Source: Patescibacteria group bacterium (lineage in GTDB: Bacteria > Patescibacteriota > Minisyncoccia > GWC2-36-17 > M10-OD1-4). From it: a stretch of 64,000 nt of DNA. The notes beneath the pieces are model-generated. The model was not told the origin of the DNA. It searched no databases and worked only from the letters and a program-made list of their open reading frames with translations. The stretch is from positions 1,339 to 65,338 of the forward strand of contig JBBTYT010000001.1 in assembly GCA_038061695.1 (NCBI GenBank), read 5' to 3'. The stretch's first letter is position 1. Every line of letters starts with the position of its first letter. The translations under genes were made by a program, and so were the position numbers. Shown in pieces: positions 58,844 to 64,000 of this stretch.

Positions 58844-60792
58844 AATATTTTATAAAAAAATCGCAATCTGAGATGATAGAGCCAGAAGAAATTCTTCTAG
58901 ACAGACATTCATCAGAAAAACTAGATGATTCTAAGATGGAAGTTCCTATTAATAAGAAAATTTTTATATTATTTTTTATCTTAATTCTTTTTTTATTCGG
59001 TATTTTTATTATGCGTTCAATAGAGCTTCAACTTTTTAAATATAATGAATATTCTGGTTTAGCGGAAAATAATAAAACAAGAAGTTATCCAATACTTGCA
59101 AATAGAGGAATAATTTATGATAGAAATATGAATCAGCTTGTTTACAATGTGCCGAGTTTTGATCTTGTGGTAATCCCTGCAAATTTGCCAAAAAATAAGC
59201 TTGAAAGAGAACAAGAACTGATTAAGGTGTCAGAGCAGTTTGGCATTGGCAAGGAAGATATGTTAAATAAATTTAAAAAAGTTGATGCTGTATCATTGTC
59301 ACCGATATTGATTAAGGAAAATATACAGAGAGAAGACGCTTTGTTTATAGAATCGCACATAGATCAATTTGAAGGTGTTGAACTTAAAAAAAATTCAACG
59401 AGAGATTATAAGGATGGAAAATATTTTTCTCATATTTTAGGTTATACTGGAAAAATTTCTGTAGATGATCTTTTTTTAAATAAAAATTTATCATCTATTG
59501 ATTATATAGGAAAATCAGGTGTGGAGTTTGTTTATGACAATATTTTAAGAGGTATTAATGGCAGGGTTATTCAGTATGTTAATTCTATTTCAAGACTTAA
59601 AAAAGAGAGAAAAATAAGAGATGATGTAGTTGGTAATAATATTGTGCTTTCTATAGATGCCGATCTTCAAAGGATCATATATGATGAATTATCAAACCAG
59701 CTGGCAATTAATCCGACTGCAGATGGAGCCGCAGCAGTTGCTGTGGATCCAAAGACAGGTGAAATATTAGCTTTAGTTTCTTTGCCTTCTTATGATAATA
59801 ATATTTTTTCTAAAGGTGGTTTGAGAAGTGAATATAAGAAGATGATAGAAGATGAAAAAAAACCGCTTTTTAATAGGGTTGTTTCAGGCACTTATTCTCC
59901 AGGATCTGCTATAAAGCCTTTCATAGCATCAGCTGGACTGGAAGAGAATATTATTACAGAGAATACAAAAATACATGATACAATAGGATATATATCAATT
60001 CAAAATCAATATAATCCTGAGATAGTTTATACATTCAAAGATTGGAAAGCTGGTGGACATGGAATAATATCTATTAGAGATGCCCTCGCCGTATCATCAA
60101 ATGTGTTTTTTTACACAATCGGTGGTGGTTATGGTGATGTGGTTGGACTTGGTATGTCTAGGATTAAAAAGTATCTTAATCTTTTTGGTTTCGGTGATAT
60201 TTTAGGGATTAATTTAAATGGTGAGAGAGCAGGAATAATACCAGATCCTGAATGGAAGCAGAGGATTAAGGATGAAGATTGGTATATTGGAGATACTTAT
60301 AATTCGTCAATCGGACAAGGAGATGTATTAGTCACGCCACTTCAGATTGCTATGGCAACATCTGCAATAGCAAATAATGGCACTCTTTTTGAACCACACC
60401 TTGTAAAGGAGATAATAGATAAAGATCAAAATGTAATATCTAAAATATATTCAAAAGAGATGAGGAGTGGATTTATAAAAAAAGAAAATTTACAAACTGT
60501 CAGAGAGGGAATGAGGATGACTGTGACGGAAGGGTCAGCAAAAAGACTTTCTGATCTGCCTGTTGTAATTGCCGGAAAAACAGGAACAGCTCAGGTATCA
60601 GGTGATAATACTAATGCTTGGTTTACATCATTTGCGCCATATGAAGATCCAAATATAGTCTTGACCATATTAATTGAAAGGGGTGGTGAAGGCTCTGCGT
60701 CAGCAGTGCCGGTGGCTAGAGAGATTTATAAAAAATATTTTAAAATAAATGAACCAAAAAAACAATTAGAAGAAGAGCAACTTATTAATTAA
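58840..60792 (+). CDS. mrdA: penicillin-binding protein 2
   Basis: RGIIYDRN, SAIK (SxxK), SSN, KTGTA. Confidence 0.93.
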   Translation: MKYFIKKSQSEMIEPEEILLDRHSSEKLDDSKMEVPINKKIFILFFILILFLFGIFIMRSIELQLFKYNEYSGLAENNKTRSYPILANRGIIYDRNMNQLVYNVPSFDLVVIPANLPKNKLEREQELIKVSEQFGIGKEDMLNKFKKVDAVSLSPILIKENIQREDALFIESHIDQFEGVELKKNSTRDYKDGKYFSHILGYTGKISVDDLFLNKNLSSIDYIGKSGVEFVYDNILRGINGRVIQYVNSISRLKKERKIRDDVVGNNIVLSIDADLQRIIYDELSNQLAINPTADGAAAVAVDPKTGEILALVSLPSYDNNIFSKGGLRSEYKKMIEDEKKPLFNRVVSGTYSPGSAIKPFIASAGLEENIITENTKIHDTIGYISIQNQYNPEIVYTFKDWKAGGHGIISIRDALAVSSNVFFYTIGGGYGDVVGLGMSRIKKYLNLFGFGDILGINLNGERAGIIPDPEWKQRIKDEDWYIGDTYNSSIGQGDVLVTPLQIAMATSAIANNGTLFEPHLVKEIIDKDQNVISKIYSKEMRSGFIKKENLQTVREGMRMTVTEGSAKRLSDLPVVIAGKTGTAQVSGDNTNAWFTSFAPYEDPNIVLTILIERGGEGSASAVPVAREIYKKYFKINEPKKQLEEEQLIN

Positions 60793-60810
60793 ATTTATAG
60801 ATATAAAAAT

Positions 60811-61275
60811 ATGAAAGAATTAAAAGAGGGAGATAAAGCACCAGAATTTACATTACCATCATCATCAGGAAAGGATTTTTCATTAAGTGATTTTTTTGGC
60901 AAGAAGATCGTGTTGTATTTTTATCCAAAAGATATGACTCCAGGCTGTAGTATGGAAGCTCAGAACTTCAGGGATATTTATGATAAGTTTCAAGAGAAAG
61001 GCATTATTATTATTGGCGTTTCTCCAGATCCGATAAAGATGCATTTAAAATTTATTGAAAAAGAAAATTTGCCGTTTGAACTTTTAGCAGATGAGAGTCA
61101 TACTGTTTTGGAAATCTATGGCGTCTGGAAAGAGAAAAGTATGTATGGAAAGAAGTATATGGGTGTAGAGAGATCAACTTTTATTATTAATGAGGAAGGT
61201 AAGATAGAGAAAATTTATAGAAAAGTATCTGTCACGGGGCACGCAGAAGAGGCATTAAAATCCTGTAATATGTAA
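60811..61275 (+). CDS. bcp: thioredoxin-dependent peroxiredoxin Bcp
   Basis: YFYPKDMTPGC, ERSTF. Confidence 0.92.
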   Translation: MKELKEGDKAPEFTLPSSSGKDFSLSDFFGKKIVLYFYPKDMTPGCSMEAQNFRDIYDKFQEKGIIIIGVSPDPIKMHLKFIEKENLPFELLADESHTVLEIYGVWKEKSMYGKKYMGVERSTFIINEEGKIEKIYRKVSVTGHAEEALKSCNM

Positions 61276-61381
61276 GAATTATAATATATATAAGTATATA
61301 TCTCAGGTATTATTGACTATTTACTATAAATGATATATTATAACTGTAATAAAGCCTGAGGGCTTTTTAAAAATAGTTTTT

Positions 61382-61585
61382 ATGAATATTTTATCAAGAG
61401 TATTTTTTTCTGTAGCGACCTATTCAAAAGAGGTTAGGTCAGAATTAAGAAAGGTTACGTGGCCATCAAAAGCAACCACTATTAATTACACACTTGCTGT
61501 AGTTGTTTTTTCCATTGTAATGATTATCTTTTTAGGCGGTCTTGATCTCGGCTTCTCTTATTTATTAAATAAGTATATATTATAA
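61382..61585 (+). CDS. secE: preprotein translocase subunit SecE
   Basis: ELRKVTWP plus TM. Confidence 0.93.
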   Translation: MNILSRVFFSVATYSKEVRSELRKVTWPSKATTINYTLAVVVFSIVMIIFLGGLDLGFSYLLNKYIL

Positions 61586-61586
61586 T

Positions 61587-62132
61587 ATGGCAAAGCAGAC
61601 TATAGAACAAGGCAGGAAATGGTATGCTATTCATACTTATTCAGGATATGAAGATGCTGTTGTTAGAAATCTAAAACAAAGGATAGAGTCTATGAGTATG
61701 GAAGATAAGATATTTAATGTTCTTGTTCCAAAAGAAAAAAAGATAAAAATAAAAGACGGTAAAAGACATGTCATAGATGAAAGGATTTATCCAGGGTATG
61801 TTTTAGTTGAGATGTTAGTGACGGATGATTCTTGGTATGTTGTAAGAAATACTCCAAGAGTAACAGGATTTGTCGGTTCAGGAACAACGCCAATTTCATT
61901 ATCTGAACAGGAAATTAAAGATTTGCAGAAGAGAATGGGAGTAGAAGAGCCTAAGTACAAGATAGATTTAATTGTCGGTGATCCTGTGAAGATAGCAGAC
62001 GGACCATTTAAAGATTTTGATGGCAAGGTATCCGAGATAGATGATGAGAAGGGAAAGGTAAAGGTTTTAGTTTCAATGTTTGGAAGAGAGACGCCGGTAG
62101 AGTTGGACTTTTTACAAATAAAGAAAATTTAA
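61587..62132 (+). CDS. nusG: transcription factor NusG
   Basis: [30 protein letters not shown]. Confidence 0.97.
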   Translation: MAKQTIEQGRKWYAIHTYSGYEDAVVRNLKQRIESMSMEDKIFNVLVPKEKKIKIKDGKRHVIDERIYPGYVLVEMLVTDDSWYVVRNTPRVTGFVGSGTTPISLSEQEIKDLQKRMGVEEPKYKIDLIVGDPVKIADGPFKDFDGKVSEIDDEKGKVKVLVSMFGRETPVELDFLQIKKI

Positions 62133-62152
62133 TTAAAGATAAAGTTAAAAAT

Positions 62153-62578
62153 ATGGCAGGTAAACCAATAAAAACAGTAATCAAAATAAATATTAAGGCT
62201 GGAGCGGCAAATCCAGCGCCTCCAATCGGAACAGCTCTTGGTCCGCACGGTCTTAATATTCAGCAGTTTTGTTTGCAATATAACGAGGCTACAAAAGATA
62301 GAATGGGTGAAGTTATCCCAGCAGAGATTACAATATTCACAGATAGAACATTCTCATTTAAATTAAAAACACCTCCTACATCTGAATTACTCAAAAAAGC
62401 TGCCGGAGTGACTAAGGGTTCAGCAGAGCCTCAGAAGAATAAAGTTGGTAAAGTAACAAAGAGCCAAATAAGAGAGATTGCAGAAAAGAAGATGGTTGAT
62501 TTAAATGCTTACGACCTTAATCAAGCATCGTTAATCATAAAAGGAACTGCAAGATCAATGGGTATCACAGTTGAATAG
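62153..62578 (+). CDS. rplK: 50S ribosomal protein L11
   Basis: [19 protein letters not shown]. Confidence 0.97.
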   Translation: MAGKPIKTVIKINIKAGAANPAPPIGTALGPHGLNIQQFCLQYNEATKDRMGEVIPAEITIFTDRTFSFKLKTPPTSELLKKAAGVTKGSAEPQKNKVGKVTKSQIREIAEKKMVDLNAYDLNQASLIIKGTARSMGITVE

Positions 62579-62649
62579 ATGTAGATAAGAAAAACAATCT
62601 TGCTTTTATGCTTGATTGTTTTTTGAATTATTAGATAATTTAAATTATT

Positions 62650-64000
62650 ATGGAGCATAATACAGATATTTTCACAAATTCAATTTTAGCGGTTGCTATA
62701 TTATTGTTTTTATCCTCAGTTATATCAGTTTATCTAAAAAATATTAAGATGCCTTATACTGTTGTGCTTGTTGTGGTTGGAATATTATTAAGTATTCTCG
62801 CAAAGAATGTTGAGGCGTTCAGCTTTTTGAATATTTTGGAGCTAACACCAGAATTAATATTTTATATCTTTTTACCAGTATTAATATTTGAGTCGTCTTA
62901 TAATATAAAATTTTCAGAATTTAAAGAAAATATAGTCACAATATCGGTGTTATCTGTTGTGGCTCTTTTAATATCAACATTAATAGTCGGAGTGCTTTTC
63001 TATTTTGGACTTAAGGTGATCGGCATAGAAATTCCTTTTATAGTAACATTGCTTTTTGGGGCGCTAATTTCAGCTACTGATCCTGTCGCCACCTTGGCGT
63101 TATTTAAGGAAATGAGAATTCCAAAAAGACTTTATTTAGTATTTGAAGGCGAGTCTCTTTTCAATGATGGAACAGCTGTTGTTGTTTTTCAGATTATATT
63201 AGCGTCTTTATTTTTGGGAAGTTTTTCAGCGATGTCTGTAATATCTGGTACGTGGGATTTTGTTTATGTTGTTTTCGTAGCTTGTATCTTCGGAGCTTTT
63301 ATGGGTTATTTATTTTCCTTTTTAATAGGGAAGGTAAGAAGCTTATTTGCAGTTGAGATGACATTGACCTTAGTACTCGCTCATACAACATTTATAATAG
63401 CAGAACGCTTTTTTGGTGCATCTGGTATTATAGCTACAGTTTTTGCAGGACTTATTGTTGGAGGCTATGGCAGAAGTAAAATATCTCCTCCAGTGCGTGA
63501 AATTATGGAAAAATTCTGGTGTTATGGAGCATTTGTTGTTAATTCACTCATATTTTTATTAATAGGACTTTCTATTGATAAGGTGAATTTTCTTGAAGTT
63601 GTAGTTGCTTCTATTATCGGAATAGTAGTTGTCTTAATAGCAAGAACGGCATCAGTATTTGTTTCTTTTCCTTTTATCCATAAATTTTCTAATGAAGATA
63701 GGACACCATTTTCTTGGCAGTTGGTTCTTTCATGGGGCGGATTAAGAGGAGCGTTGGCGCTTGCTATAGCTTTGCTTTTGCCGGAAGATTTTATTTATAA
63801 AGATTTTATTTTAACCATAACGCTTTCTATAATTTTATTTACCTTAATAATTCAAGCGACGACAATTAAGAAATTGATTCAAAAATTGGGTATAGACAAA
63901 TTATCTGATGAGGAGTCTTTTGAGTTGGAAGAAGGATTTATTTTTATTGATGAGATTGTAAGAAGAAAGTTGGTAGAGATGGAGAAATCGGGAGGAATCT
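62650..64000 (+). CDS. CPA1/NhaP-type Na+/H+ antiporter, 3' end runs off the window
   Basis: Not in the ORF track. ATG 62650; IFLPVLIFES, ISATDPVA, EGESLFNDG, WGGLRGA. Confidence 0.9.
   Translation, partial: MEHNTDIFTNSILAVAILLFLSSVISVYLKNIKMPYTVVLVVVGILLSILAKNVEAFSFLNILELTPELIFYIFLPVLIFESSYNIKFSEFKENIVTISVLSVVALLISTLIVGVLFYFGLKVIGIEIPFIVTLLFGALISATDPVATLALFKEMRIPKRLYLVFEGESLFNDGTAVVVFQIILASLFLGSFSAMSVISGTWDFVYVVFVACIFGAFMGYLFSFLIGKVRSLFAVEMTLTLVLAHTTFIIAERFFGASGIIATVFAGLIVGGYGRSKISPPVREIMEKFWCYGAFVVNSLIFLLIGLSIDKVNFLEVVVASIIGIVVVLIARTASVFVSFPFIHKFSNEDRTPFSWQLVLSWGGLRGALALAIALLLPEDFIYKDFILTITLSIILFTLIIQATTIKKLIQKLGIDKLSDEESFELEEGFIFIDEIVRRKLVEMEKSGGI

Overview
AT-rich, gene-dense bacterial chromosome segment. 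Gene content and style (Cys-rich surface proteins, tandem VirB2-like pilin, short pheT, rplK without rplA, standard code 11) point to Patescibacteria/CPR, probably Parcubacteria (inference). From start to end: partial clpC (minus); a type IV pilus locus (pilMNO, PilP-position gene, pilB, receiver protein, pilT, pilC, four-helix-bundle gene, major pilin, three surface proteins, pilD, four minor pilins); ligA-gatC-gatA; three tRNAs (fMet, Met, Asp) followed by an accessory/defence region (BcgI-like RM fusion, YegP, TIR/NDT-like protein) with a degenerate att repeat; pheST, gyrB; an accessory block (FliA/WhiG sigma factor, unknown gene with an attenuator-like leader, M15 peptidase, HAMP sensor with no output domain plus a 60-aa neighbour); UPF0182; gnd-pgl-pgi, ROK kinase, pyk; NUDIX-NUDIX-NDT-MazG; frr, rseP, Fic; mreBCD-mrdA, bcp, secE-nusG-rplK and a partial Na+/H+ antiporter. 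The strongest unexplained signal is a set of 7-nt-periodic, mutually inverted repeat arrays (TTTTAGG-like upstream, CCTAAAA-like downstream). They bracket the four-helix-bundle (IVP/Avd-like) gene and recur without it at four other pil junctions, including inside prepilin leader peptides. All protein calls come from motif recognition by eye; no database searches were run.
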